Shown here piece after piece: positions 50,053 through 62,500 of a stretch of 64,000 nucleotides of DNA; within the stretch, counting starts at the first letter, position 1; every line of letters starts with the position of its first letter. The stretch is from positions 682,001 to 746,000 of the forward strand of contig NEEC01000021.1 in assembly GCA_002189035.1 (NCBI GenBank), written 5' to 3'. Source of the DNA: Utricularia gibba. Taxonomy: Eukaryota; Plantae; Magnoliophyta. Below the pieces are notes generated by a model. It did not search any database. It saw only the letters and a program-made list of their open reading frames with translations, and had not been told where the DNA came from. The translations under genes were made by a program, and so were the position numbers.

Positions 50053-52137
50053 CTACTCGCTTGGCTTCCCCTTGCCGTTCTCATTCAGGTACTCGACAAA
50101 TTCGTCGATGAGATACGGCCATGCCCCGTCTGGATCGTAGTTGGTCAGCCCTGGATCGATGGTCTAGTTTTAAAAAGAAGAGGTGCATCAGACAGGTAAT
50201 CAGTTAGCAGAAGGTGTAGATAGCTGTAACGGGTTACCCTTGAAAACTCTAGTAACTGGGACCATGTATCACGAGAAATTGCCTTGTTGTGCCTTGCCTG
50301 AAAATTGTTGAAGCCAAACGTGTTGCATGAATTTCAAACAAAAAAGAAAAGCATCAGTGGAGGGAAAATGGAATTCGTGGTCACCTGTAAAAACTGGCAC
50401 CACTGATCCTCCAATGGCCACTGTTTTTCTGCAAAGAGCAGTTGCCACATACCAATTGCAGTGTCCAATGCCAGGCACTTCTGACCCTGAATCCAAATAA
50501 CCCCAACTAAACAACCATCTTGCTTTACTTGCAGAATACTGTTTTTAGGGCTCATTTTTGAAGCTGCTCCATGATACATGGGCGATAAAAAGCACTTCTA
50601 CCAGATAAATAGGGTGTCACATACGATCTAATGTGGTGACAATCATTAAACAAAAGCATGTTTCTGAATGATTTTTAATAGCAAAAGAAAGGCGAAAGAC
50701 TAAAGAAATCTATGGTGAGACCTGGTTGCTACTTTAAGATTCAGTAAACCAGTTTAGTCGGAAAGGATCCTCCAGGAACGTTATGTCATTCCAATTTCAA
50801 TTGGATATCATTTGATACATCAAAAGTATATGGCATCATATTTATATGCAGTGAGCACCAAGGTACCTTCTCTTTTGCCCAGCCAAATGCAAAGTTATAG
50901 ATCTCCCGGAACTTCTCTGGACAAAAACATATTACTACTATTTAGCAATAAATACCGACAACCATATTCTGAGCATTTTTTATACTGACTCAAAAAAAAA
51001 ACAAATAATTTCACAATGTAAGCAGTATTTAGAAGGAATAACTTACGTTCATCCCTTATTTCAGCACGCAAGAATGGTAACCTTTCCCTGAACTTCTCCA
51101 GCGTGTCTATCCTGCCAATACGAATAATGCACGAGAAAATGTCTGAATTGACTGTGTAAACATGCATTCCTGGGAAATAATGGAATTCGCAATCCTAACC
51201 CCATTGCTTGCAGTCCTCCAACAAACTCCTGCTTTGTGAATTCACACATCGTAGCAGCTTTCATATGCCATGAAATAACCAGCTAAAAAATTTCAGGGTA
51301 AGGCAGTTCATAGGAATCCATCCCAAAAACTGGGCATAATATGTTAATTTAGAATTAACTTACCATGACAATATCTTGAGGCTCAACCTACGAAAATTAC
51401 GAAAATCTACTAGTTAATTCCATAGATATAGAAAAAATCCGCAAAACTTGTTAAGAGTGGGGAAACATCGTAACTAGTCAACCTGAATGTCACTGCAGAG
51501 AAGGGTGATCCCATCGACCAGAATCATGTCCGCATACGGATCTAAAATAACACAGGTCTTTTTAAAGCAAACATTGAAATTCAACACTTGGAAACCCAAG
51601 ACTCAGTATGGCGCTTGCCTTTGTATCTATTGTAGAGCTCCTCAATATGCCTTGTGTCAGCATGTGACTTAAGCTGGGGGTGACTGTAAAATATGTCGAA
51701 TGCCCCTTCAAACTGCCAATCACTGGACTTAAGAACCTGGATGGCGACCTTCTCACTGCATCATGTCGATCAATCATCACAATATACAAGTTCCATGAAA
51801 CCGCATATCACAACCAGATCAAAGTCAACACGATTCGAGCATCAAACAACAATTCAACCTCTTCAACTAAAACCACAAACAATAAACTAAAATACATCTC
51901 AGCATGGGATAGAGTGCTACCTCGCCCCTGTAATCAGCATAAACTGCTGCACCTTGTCACGCTGACCTCTCCCCAACTTGTTCTGATATCCAGTTCAAGA
52001 ACCAATCGATTCACACAAAACCCATAACTTTTTAAGAATGCAAAACCAGGTCTAAACTGACATTGAATACCAAAAATACATGGATTTCATAATCAAAATC
52101 GAGTGACCCTCCCAGAGGAACCAGCAGGACATACCAT
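50053..52137 (-). CDS. DCN1: Defective in cullin neddylation 1 (DCN1), 251 aa. Exons 52137-52135, 51982-51921, 51755-51619, 51541-51483, 51387-51364, 51282-51200, 51111-51047, 50916-50867, 50486-50385, 50297-50238, 50163-50053.
   Basis: UBA-like N-terminus ([45 protein letters not shown]) and PONY domain ([60 protein letters not shown]). The exons total 756 nt in frame. Confidence 0.94.
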
Positions 52138-53509
52138 TTCTGAAGTGATTTCGGAAACCCGGATTCCGTAGTGGACTCGTCAACAGAGCAAAAGGGGAAC
52201 TAGGGCTCGGATGATCTCCTTCAAATCAAATGAACAGTCCCCCAGCCCACCCTCTCCTCACTACCTGTGTTTTCTAGCGGGTTATTTTGAAGAATACCTT
52301 GTTAATAATAACCATCCTTTATTAAAAAACTTTAAATAAATAAAAAATATATATGTAATTATAAAATATAAAATTATATTTACAACATTTTAATACAATA
52401 TAAAAATATAATAGTATAAATATATTAATATACAGTATTTGATATGTAAATTCATTATTATATAATACTTACAAAATAAATGATAAAAATAATTTAATAT
52501 TTCAAAATAAATTTGGAGTGACCTTTCCACGCGGTTGCGACTTCGCCCCGCCCGCCCGATCCGACTCCGGATCCCTATACCCTACACCACCCAATCATGC
52601 CATTTCGCATTAAATTACAATTAATACTAATCACATTTTCAATTATTTAAATTATTAATATATTTCCTGATCCAATGACACGGTTCACATTCTTAAACTA
52701 TTTATTATTATTATAGTCTTTCATTTTCATTTTATATTAAAAATTGTGCTAATGTTTTCTATATTTTTAATATTTTTCAAAGAATAGTAATCAATTATTA
52801 ATGATTTTGAAATAGTAAGTATTAGAATACTATTACAATAGTTCATCCTCTACTTCTACAATATTGTTCGATTTAGGCATTCAAATTTTATGATTTTACG
52901 TTATCCCATTTTGAGAAAAAGATTTCATGCAATATTAGATAATATCGTTTTATATAAATTCTATATCTATTTCATCTGCAACCGATATAGAATTTACCGT
53001 CCCTATACCTTTCTTTAGACTGAGTCGTTGAGATTAAGTATGTCATTAAGGTAAATAATATGGATTATTTCTGTAGTTTTACTTTACGTAAATGAAGTAA
53101 AGCAATAAGTTCAAATAAGGAAGTGAACAAGTTCAAAATAATTTTTAATAATCAACTTCCATAAAATAGGAATATTGATGTTTAGGGTTTTCAATTCATA
53201 TTTGAATAATTATATACTTTCGACCCAATTCATCAATTTCTTTTCTATTCAACCAAACATTTCCATAGAAAAAAATATAAATTAAATTAAAGATAATCCC
53301 CACGTCATAATCATAATTAAAATAAATTCTATCGTATCTAATCCTTCTAACAAATATATATCTAAAATGATATTAATCAAATAAAAGCTAATTTAATTTC
53401 TCGGTAATTAACTATCCGTACGCACTCAAGGGTTCCGCGTGCATGGCTGCTGGACGTGGGTGCTCCTAGTTATGGAACACGTTACAGTCGCTGGAGTGCC
53501 CGCAGGCTA

Positions 53510-53517
53510 CACGTGGC
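53510..53517 (+). promoter_or_regulatory. G-box/ABRE (CACGTGGC) upstream of NF-YC
   Basis: Exact ABRE core in the GC-rich proximal promoter, about 180 bp upstream of the ATG. Confidence 0.45.
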
Positions 53518-53690
53518 GGCATCGGCGATGGTGAGCTTCCACCACGCTCGCCGTCCTCCTTTTCATCCTCCCAACATAAAGCCTCCCTTGACCGTACCGG
53601 AATCTCCATCTTTTTTCCCAACGTAAGGTACTCAGAGTAACTGACTCTACATTTTGTGTGCAGTTTGCGTGCTTGGTGCTGCTGCAGGAT

Positions 53691-54323
53691 ATGAATACCT
53701 CAGGCGAGAGGCGCCAACATTGTAAGCCAGCAGGGGAGTCGTCGGAATCTCCTACACCGGAGCCTGCCGCCGGGTTCATGCCGTACCATCAGAGGCAGGT
53801 GTACCGTAATCCGCGGCAAATACAGAGCTTCTGGTCTGGTCAAATGCAGGAAATCGAGCAGACGGTTGACTTTAAGAGCCACAGTCTCCCTGTGGCGAGG
53901 ATCAAGAAGATTATGAAGGCCGACGAGGACGTCCGGATGATATCATCAGAAGCGCCGGTCGTCTTCGCCAAGGCCTGCGAGATGTTCATCCTGGAGCTGA
54001 CGCTGCGGTCGTGGATCCACACGGAGGACAACAAGAGGAGGACGCTGCAGAAAAACGACATCGCGGCCGCCATCTCGAGGACAGACGTGTTCGATTTCTT
54101 GGTAGATACCATTCCCAGAGAGGAAACGAACGAGGAGGCTCTTGGGATTCCTAAGCCCGGCGTCCCGTTGTTCAGATCTTCCCCGGAGGTCATGCCTTAT
54201 TATTACGTCATCCCGGAAGCCGCCGCGTCGGGCAGTGCTGTATACCCTCCCCACCCTACTTCCCCGCCCTTCATGCCGTGGCCGTCGCATCCGGAGCACC
54301 ACCCGAGTAACCCCGACGTGTAG
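53691..54323 (+). CDS. NF-YC: Nuclear transcription factor Y subunit C (histone-fold), 210 aa, intronless CDS
   Basis: Motif [99 protein letters not shown]. The ORF-track start at 53658 is GTG and lies in a probable 5' UTR intron ending CTGCAG at 53687. Confidence 0.95.
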   Translation: MNTSGERRQHCKPAGESSESPTPEPAAGFMPYHQRQVYRNPRQIQSFWSGQMQEIEQTVDFKSHSLPVARIKKIMKADEDVRMISSEAPVVFAKACEMFILELTLRSWIHTEDNKRRTLQKNDIAAAISRTDVFDFLVDTIPREETNEEALGIPKPGVPLFRSSPEVMPYYYVIPEAAASGSAVYPPHPTSPPFMPWPSHPEHHPSNPDV

Positions 54324-56659
54324 TGTACGGCCACAGGGTGGTCGCCTTTGTTCCTATTGCATGTTAGCTCTTGTTTTCAAGATTGAACTTCTAGTTCTCA
54401 ACAACAGTTAAAAATTAATAAGTCAATTGTTTCCAAAAAATTAAAATTTTGATGCTACTGTAAATCTGTATACAACAAACAGAGGGCAAAATTACAAAAT
54501 AGGGACACAAGTCATGGAACTTAGAAGGAAAATAGGAAAAGCTTATGTGAACATAAAATCGACAACCTAATGAATCAGAAGGGATTTTCAGTATATGGTA
54601 TGTAAATAGGTGCAGAGACTTAAATCAATTGTTAATGGGAGTATCAACAAAAGATCGATCTATATACCATAAATTGGCATACGAGTGCAAATTGTACAAA
54701 CATAATCGATAAAGCAGGCACCTATGTAAGGGGGACATGAAATGGATAGTGTAAGATTCCAACTGTTCTAGGACAGTTTGAAAAACAACCTATTTGCAAA
54801 AATTCAAAGAAGATGACAATTAACTATCAACAGTACCATAAATGAGATAAAGCATATTCTACAAGCCATAGAAAACAACTGATCTTTTCAGAATCGATCG
54901 TCGAAGTTTCTTCTATGAATAAGAACTTAGTTCAAAAGAAAGTCTTTTTATATTATGTGTCAATTACACATTTTATAATCTTTTCCGTTCTTCTCAGCAA
55001 AATCTATATTCTTTGATGACTTCTTCCAATATCGTGATTTTATGTCACAATAGTTTACATATAAAAATCTTTGATTCTTTTTCTAACTTTTCAAATAACC
55101 AAATTCGGTTCAAAATCTTGATACAAATAATCAAATTCAGTACTAAATTTTGATAAATCGGAAATCAGCAATATCACCCTCAATCCGAATTTAAACCACG
55201 ACTAAATTTAAAACAATTTCTTATTTTAAAAACTATGACTCTTTTGTGTATTTTGAATATGTAATTAACATTATATAAAATATAATTATTTTTAGATAAT
55301 GTGAATAAAATTAATTTAAAATTATAATTTTTTGTAATTAAAATTATATATATAATTTAATATATTCAATTATATAATAATTTAATATTATAATATAAAA
55401 ACATTTTGAAATAGATAAATATTAATAATATAATTGTTTAATTAATCTCTTATTTAATTATTAATATATAGATTCAAAAAATTAATAATTTTGTAAATTT
55501 AATCTCATAATGAAAATTTTATAATTTTACAATAAAACGTTTAAAAACAGAATTAATTCACAAATTATATAAATATTACACGTCATATAAAATTTTGCCT
55601 TCTAATTTTTTAAAATTATTTATTAAAAATGATTTTATAAAACAGATCTACCAAACATGCATTATTCATAAAACATATCTATTTAAATAGTTGAACACCG
55701 CTTACCAAACATGTCACAAGGGTGCATTCAATACCTTGGTATACATAATTAAGATTTCAATTATTTTCGTTTAAATAAAAAAAATATGTAATTATATGTG
55801 GAGATGCATTTTCAATAAATATATCGCAATTATTTATATTAAATACGAACATGCATTGGAAAGATAACATAAAATATTAATTATAACTTTGATTTGATAT
55901 GTTCATAACTTTTTCTTGAATAGTAACTATTTATTATTTTTTTAATGCTTAAAAGAACTAAAGATATTTAATTTTAAAATACAAAATTTAAATGACAACT
56001 GTTTTAAATCATCATGTGTCTTATCTGTAATTATTAATATTTGAACCTTTTTTGTATTTCTTAGATTTCAAATACTAAATAATATTTATAACTATGTTGA
56101 CTATCTTCCTTACCTTTTTTTATTTTTTTTAATTCCAAATCTCAATTTGTGGTGTCTGATTTTTTGTCATTTTTAATTTCAGACAAGGCAAAGTCAAATT
56201 CGCTGTGCATAGAATTTTTTTTTTTTTTTCCTGGCACCGCATTTTGTAATTTTTTATTTTAAATTACAGATATCCCAAAAGCAAATTTATTTATTTTATT
56301 TTTAATTTCAATTATCAGACCTGGATTTGCCCATGTCTGAATGTTTTTAATTTTTTTTCCAAGGTGGGGAACCTCAGATTTGGGATGTCTTGAGATTTAA
56401 TAAGCATGATGACAACCCAACCAGGGACGGTTCTCCTTGAACATAGGAGGGGGTATCGCCCCCTAATTAAAAAAAATCAATACAATTTAGATTTACAAAG
56501 TTATTAAAATTTGAAATTTATTACAAAATCAAGATAACGATATCTCATATCTCATATTAGTTATGAATTGGTAAAAAGGTTAATTAAATAAATAAATCTT
56601 AATTTTGTATCATGTTCTTTTATCTAGAAGAAAAAAACATAATTTCAAAAAATTGTAGT

Positions 56660-56830
56660 ATTATTTTAAAAAATTAAAATTAATCTAATTTTTAATTTTC
56701 TAAAAATAATTTTTGTAATACAATTTTAAAAATATTTTTTGATAAAATTACTTTTACAATTTATATTATTATAGAATAAAACTATTTTTATTTTTGAAAA
56801 ATAAAAATATATTTAAAAAATTTTAAAGAA
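56660..56830. repeat. Second copy of the dispersed repeat at 4240-4410
   Basis: Collinear similarity by eye; see the 4240 entry. Confidence 0.55.
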
Positions 56831-57420
56831 CACAAATTTAATATGCAAAATGTACAATATCGTAAAATTGAAATATGATTATTGACTTATGATACAATAA
56901 AAAAAAGATTTCTAATCTAAATTCATTTGGAAGATAAAGAGACGCACTCATATTTGTGTGCTATTAATTATCTTTCTTTTTAAATTAATTGGAAATAAAT
57001 ATGGAGTTTAATGCGTCGTTTTTGTTTGTTGCTTCATTGAATGTTGGTTTGGGTCATGGTCATGCATTGAATGGATTGGAAGTTGCATGCATTAGAGTTG
57101 TCGTTTATCCCCTACATGTGCATTCTGGAAGGCTTTCCTTCTTTCCCAATTCTTTAAACGACAATGATTTAAATTCTAATAGTTTCAGAATATTTAAATA
57201 CTTTTATTATTAAATAATTTGAATTTAATAACATAAGTCCAACTATGATATCCCATATTAATGATAGACGGATGAGAGATTAAATATGCTTAAATCTAAG
57301 AATAGTTTTAATTTTATATGAAACGTTTTCTTACAAATAAAATACATAAAATCGTAAAAATTAAATATCAATTTGATAGCTTATTTTTCAAAAATAATAA
57401 ATTATATCAAAAATTAACCT

Positions 57421-57621
57421 CATTTCTCTAAAATCACTTCATCCAAAACTAATGAAACACAACTTGAGTTAATACAGACATGCAAAACACAAGGAGCTTT
57501 AGATGGACTAGAATTTATTAGAAAAAATATAACTTTTAATGAAAAAATTTCGAATATTTCTACAAAATCACTTCCTCTAAAACTAATGAAACACAACTTG
57601 AGTTGAAATACATACATGCAA
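57421..57621. repeat. Direct repeat of about 65 bp (57421-57486 and 57554-57621)
   Basis: 'aaaatcacttc(a/c)tc(c/t)aaaactaatgaaacacaacttgagtt...aataca(g/t)acatgcaaaa' occurs twice. Confidence 0.85.
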
Positions 57622-57993
57622 AAATGGGTAACTTTAGGTTTCCTGGAATTCATTTGAAAAATGAACATACTTTAGAAAAACATATATATTTTGAATGAGT
57701 GTGTGAGAGAGAAGATGGCCACGTAAGGACCAGCTCCTCTCTGCTTGGGGGCCCCATACTGATCTGCGTCGTCTCCGACGATGCTCGGACTGGAGTTTCT
57801 TGAACACAAGAGGATGATATAACAAACAAGCCATTGTTTCAAAAAAACGAAAAAAAATTACAATATACCAATGATATGAATGGGAAACAATGCCACACTT
57901 TCTGCTAAGACAGCAGCCACACTGTAAAATGTAAGGAGCACAAACTTGTAGTAACCAAGTTCTGTGATGGGGAGTGTTACCTTTTATTGTTTC

Positions 57994-59523
57994 TCATGTT
58001 CTTTTGGTGAGGAGGACTTTCAGTCCATGCTGAGCGTGAAGCATGATGGAGTCGCGGGGCACCACGCGGTGGCTCTCCACGGCCTGAACCTTGTAGCGGC
58101 GCAGAATGGCGGCGGCCACCATTTTGACCTCGGCGTAGGCCATCTCCTTCCCCAGGCACGTCCGCGGCCCGACGTTGAACCCCGGGAACTTGTAGGAAGG
58201 CATGGTTATCAGCGACCCTTGGGAGCTGATCCACCTCTCCGGCTTGAATTCCATGCAGTCTTCCCCCAGAGAGACTTCATTCGGCCGACGGAGTAAAACG
58301 CGAGCACGACCTTGGAGTTGGGCCGGAGGCGATGGCCGCTGGGGAGGACATCTTCCTGGAGGGGGATTTGTACTGCAGCGCCAGAGGGGGAAGAGTCTGA
58401 CGGATTCGGAGATTGCTGCGTGGAGATAGACGAGTTTGTGTGATTCTTCTACAGTGAAGTTCCTCCACTTCCCATCTAGAACCTTCTCGATCTCTGCAAG
58501 TATCTTCTTCTCCGTTTCGGGGTGTTGGGAAACAAGGAAGAAGAGCCATGTTAGAGTTGTGCTGGAAGTGTCACTGCCTGCAAAGAGCAGACTCAGCAAT
58601 GTGTCCCTTAGGAAGGTCCTCAGGTCGCCGGAGATGGCGCTCTTGTTGTCGTTATACGCCTGTGTGAAGCTTTTCCAGATGGTATGCTCCAGCCGATTTG
58701 GTTTTTCATCGCTTTCAGAAGTTGACAGATAGGAGTAAATGAAGTCATCAAAGTCCTTCCAGGCTTCAGCTAGCTTCCTTTCCTCCCCAATTCTCAGCAG
58801 CTTCATCACTTTCCAAACCCATTTAGGCAAAACATGGCGCTGAAACAAGGGCTTCAGAGCCTTCCCAAAAGCTTTCTCACAAGGAACTGGTGGTAGACCA
58901 GGGGACAAGCTACCAGGGTCGGAGTTGATTAGCAGGAGGAAGATGTTGTCAAATGCAAAGCGCTGAAAAATGTCCTGCATATCAAAAGCAGCAGATTTCG
59001 CACAGAAATCTTCAAGGACTGGATACAAACCAGTCTCGATCTTGAACCAGACACTTCTCTCCAGTGCTTGGTGGAACTTGGGCCCGCTCATGAATGAAAG
59101 AATGGTGGTTCTGTGAACTTGCCATAAGTCAAAATCTGTACAGAAAATCCCATCTCCAAGAATTTCAAACTTCTCCTTGAACTCCATACCCTTTGGGTAA
59201 TTACCAAAGTTTTTGCTCAAAATGTGGTTTATGTCTTGAGGGTTGCAAGTGAAGAGCAAATCCATGTTGCAGAACCACGGCCCTTTGAACAAGAATGTGC
59301 CGCCGGTTGCCGTCAAGAGGTTGTTGGTCTTGTTGTGCACGTCGCTCAGAACTCGCAGCGCTGCCGGAAGCATCCCCAGAACCGGCCAGTTCGTGGGCAC
59401 GCTATAGGGTTTCCCCCTTCTGTGAACGACCCTGTAGAGATAAAGAAAAAGGAAAGCAGCGGTGAAGAAGACGACTTCCGGCCGTTGAAAGAACTTGATC
59501 GCCATTCCCAGAGCTGCATCCAT
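57994..59523 (-). CDS. CYP96A: Cytochrome P450 CYP96A-like (CYP86 clan, MAH1-type alkane/fatty-acyl hydroxylase), intronless. It carries an internally frameshifted segment at 58263-58390, so it may be an assembly artefact or a pseudogene.
   Basis: Motifs TNWPVLGMLP, GTFLFKGPWF, CNPQDINHILSKNFGNYPKG, DMQDIFQRFAFD, AGSDT, ESVR (ExxR), FKPERW, and heme motif FNVGPRTCLGK. The ORF-track start at 59541 is GTG; the first ATG is 59523. Confidence 0.9.
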   Translation of the reverse strand: MDAALGMAIKFFQRPEVVFFTAAFLFLYLYRVVHRRGKPYSVPTNWPVLGMLPAALRVLSDVHNKTNNLLTATGGTFLFKGPWFCNMDLLFTCNPQDINHILSKNFGNYPKGMEFKEKFEILGDGIFCTDFDLWQVHRTTILSFMSGPKFHQALERSVWFKIETGLYPVLEDFCAKSAAFDMQDIFQRFAFDNIFLLLINSDPGSLSPGLPPVPCEKAFGKALKPLFQRHVLPKWVWKVMKLLRIGEERKLAEAWKDFDDFIYSYLSTSESDEKPNRLEHTIWKSFTQAYNDNKSAISGDLRTFLRDTLLSLLFAGSDTSSTTLTWLFFLVSQHPETEKKILAEIEKVLDGKWRNFTVEESHKLVYLHAAISESVRLFPLWRCSTNPPPGRCPPQRPSPPAQLQGRARVLLRRPNEVSLGEDCMEFKPERWISSQGSLITMPSYKFPGFNVGPRTCLGKEMAYAEVKMVAAAILRRYKVQAVESHRVVPRDSIMLHAQHGLKVLLTKRT

Positions 59524-62500
59524 GGCTTCTGTCTCCCCCACTGCGTCTGAGCTGTGTCAATGAATATAAAGAAGACACCCTCAACAACCCACATGTAACA
59601 TCCACTAAATGCTTTCCAATGCTAAACACCCACGAAAAGAAAACACGAAATTACCTCCATGACTACACAACAAAAAAAAAAGTGGTGGAAACAGGGAGAG
59701 CGAACTGTGAAGTAACCCACACACATTCACAACTCATTTCATCCCACACTACAAAACCCACAATCCAGAACACCCAAAATCGAAACTAGAGTGCATTATT
59801 TATCCCTAACCTCCAAGCACTACCTTCTGTAATTCACTAGCAATAACAAAACCCTACATTATTTCATAACTCCCTACTCCCTTGTCCTTGGAATGTAAGG
59901 AAGAAGATAATCCAGAAAGGCAGCGCCCACTCTAATAATGGATGAAGGAGCAGTAATTATTTCATATTTACCAGGACACGTACTTCCCCACGCTGCTTAC
60001 TGTAGATTTCTATACTCAGGACAGTCTTCCCACCGGAGACATAAATTACTGTGTCAGCATCACCCCTCTCTCCCTCCCCCTCCTTCCACGACCAACTAAT
60101 TAATACCAATTTGAAATCAAAACCATCAAATCTAAGTCGTTTTAATGATCAATTAGGAAACCAATTCTTAATTATAAAAATTAGGGTTTGATTAGACTAA
60201 TTACGCACACGTATTGAAAACTACGTGATTATAAAACGAGTATGCATTGTTTTGCTAATCAAATTAATTTTAATTTTTTACTAATATTTTAAAATAATTC
60301 AATTATAAACTAATCACATGGTATATAGACACAAATGATTTAAATATATTATTAATTAAACTATACTATGAAACACATCCCACCCTCATCTTTGCATTGG
60401 ACAGCATCAGACAAAGACAAATCATATTGCCTAAGGTCATTCCCGAACGTGACATATGCAAATAGGGTTGTTCATGGGTCAAATTTGATACGCTAACACT
60501 AGAAATCGAAACCGAATTATTTATAAAATAATCAAATAATTAAAATCCCTAATTGGATGGGGTTGGGATGAATTTTAACTATGTTTTTCCCAATACTTTT
60601 TATCTGTTTTTGTAATTTGAAACCGTACTTTAGATTATGTAGAATATAATGAGTTTGAGATTGTAAAATTGTTTTATGTGATATCATAAAATTTAAAATA
60701 AATGTATACTATAAAGTTTAATATTAATGTTATGATATAAATGTTTTTTTAGAATAGATAAATAATGAATAATATAATTTTTCTAATTAATCTTTTATTT
60801 AATTTATAAAACATATATTTAAGAAATTCAATAATTTCTGAAGCTAATTACAGAATCTTAATTTATGATTTTACTACATAACGAATAAATATTAGAATAA
60901 CACATAACATGGCATGCCCTTTCTTTTAATGTATGGTCAAACAATTGGGTGTTTTTAAAATTATTCTTTTAACCCAAAGTTGAGTGTGATGATGCACAAT
61001 TATCACCATGGCCCTACTCACTCTATTACACTAATTACAACATTATGCACATGATGATGAGTCAAAATAATATTTTCCTTTGTGAAGTTTATTGTAAAAC
61101 AAAGTGGGGGTAAACAAGTAACTTTCTTGGGAAGAGGAGACATACCATGATTGGTCTCAAAATGGTTGTGAAAGCTCCACATGAGAGGGGAGTAGCTGAA
61201 TGAATTGAATGTGGATGGATGGAGATGGAAGACCAGTTCAAATCTCATGTCCCATTATGATGATATCAATCATACACCATATTTATTTTATTTATTTGTT
61301 TTATTTTATTTCTAATATTGGTATATATGTATTTTGAGTGAAATAATACTGAATACTCATAACCACCACATGTGAACCGCGGGGGGTAGTTGGTGGGAGA
61401 AATGGGGGGTTCTGACAACATTGTCCCATCGCCCAACCAACCCCATGCTCTTACTCTCCCAATGTCAACTCCATATTTGACTTATTACACCTCTTTTATT
61501 AATATTTATAAATAATATTTATACTCAAATTTACCTATTCTTTTGTTTTATTAATTAGTATATGTATGTTATTTTTGTATGATTATATGAATTATGTATT
61601 CTTTTTTTGAACATGTGGATGATATTACGTATAAATAGAGGGTAGAAACTAATTTTATACATACCATAGCATGTTTTCTTATTTATACTCATTCAAAGAT
61701 AATTTCTATATTTACTCTAACATATCAAACATTATTTTCTATTGTTATATCTCATACCTTGATTAATTTTTTATATACATACTCAATTATATTATACTTA
61801 AATATACTAATATCTTACTATCAAATGACTTTTTATGATTATCGTGTTTTGTTGATGTGAACAAGATAAAATAGATTTAATTTACTAGGATTTAAATGCA
61901 AATAATGTGTTGGATTAATTTTTTATGTAGTATCTAGTTATTAACATTTGAAATGAGATTAAGTGACTTCAAATAAAGGGGAAATATGATTTTAAATAAA
62001 CTCATAGACATGAGATTAAAAAAAACTCGTGTGATTTTGGGTTATTAAATCTACCGACTAAACACCATATAATTATAATTTTGCTTTTAAAGTCATGTAA
62101 TCCTATTAACCAATCATTGTTTTAAATTATGAATATTAATAATAAGGGTAGGATTAGATTTGAATGAATCATAATTTGTACACATTTGTACAAAAAATAA
62201 AAAAAATAGGCGTTAAATTATTTTGATAATGAGATTAGTATATATATAGATATTCTTTTCCAAAAATGGATATTTTAAAAGTTGTATAATATAGTATTGA
62301 TATCGATATATCTGATTTTTAAATAGTTCATAAACAAATATAGTACATTATATATGATTGATAGTGCACCATGCTCTTTAGCATGTTAATAAAATAATTA
62401 GTCTGAGCATATTGTAAAGTATTGATATTCCGAAAAATTTCGAGAATAAAATCGATATCCAATATTTCAACCAATTCGTATTCGAATATTTCAAAAGTGA

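Noticed and set aside
59877-59955. Stowaway-like MITE upstream of CYP96A
   Set aside because: The left end resembles CTCCCTCCGTCC but the right TIR is too degenerate to support the call.
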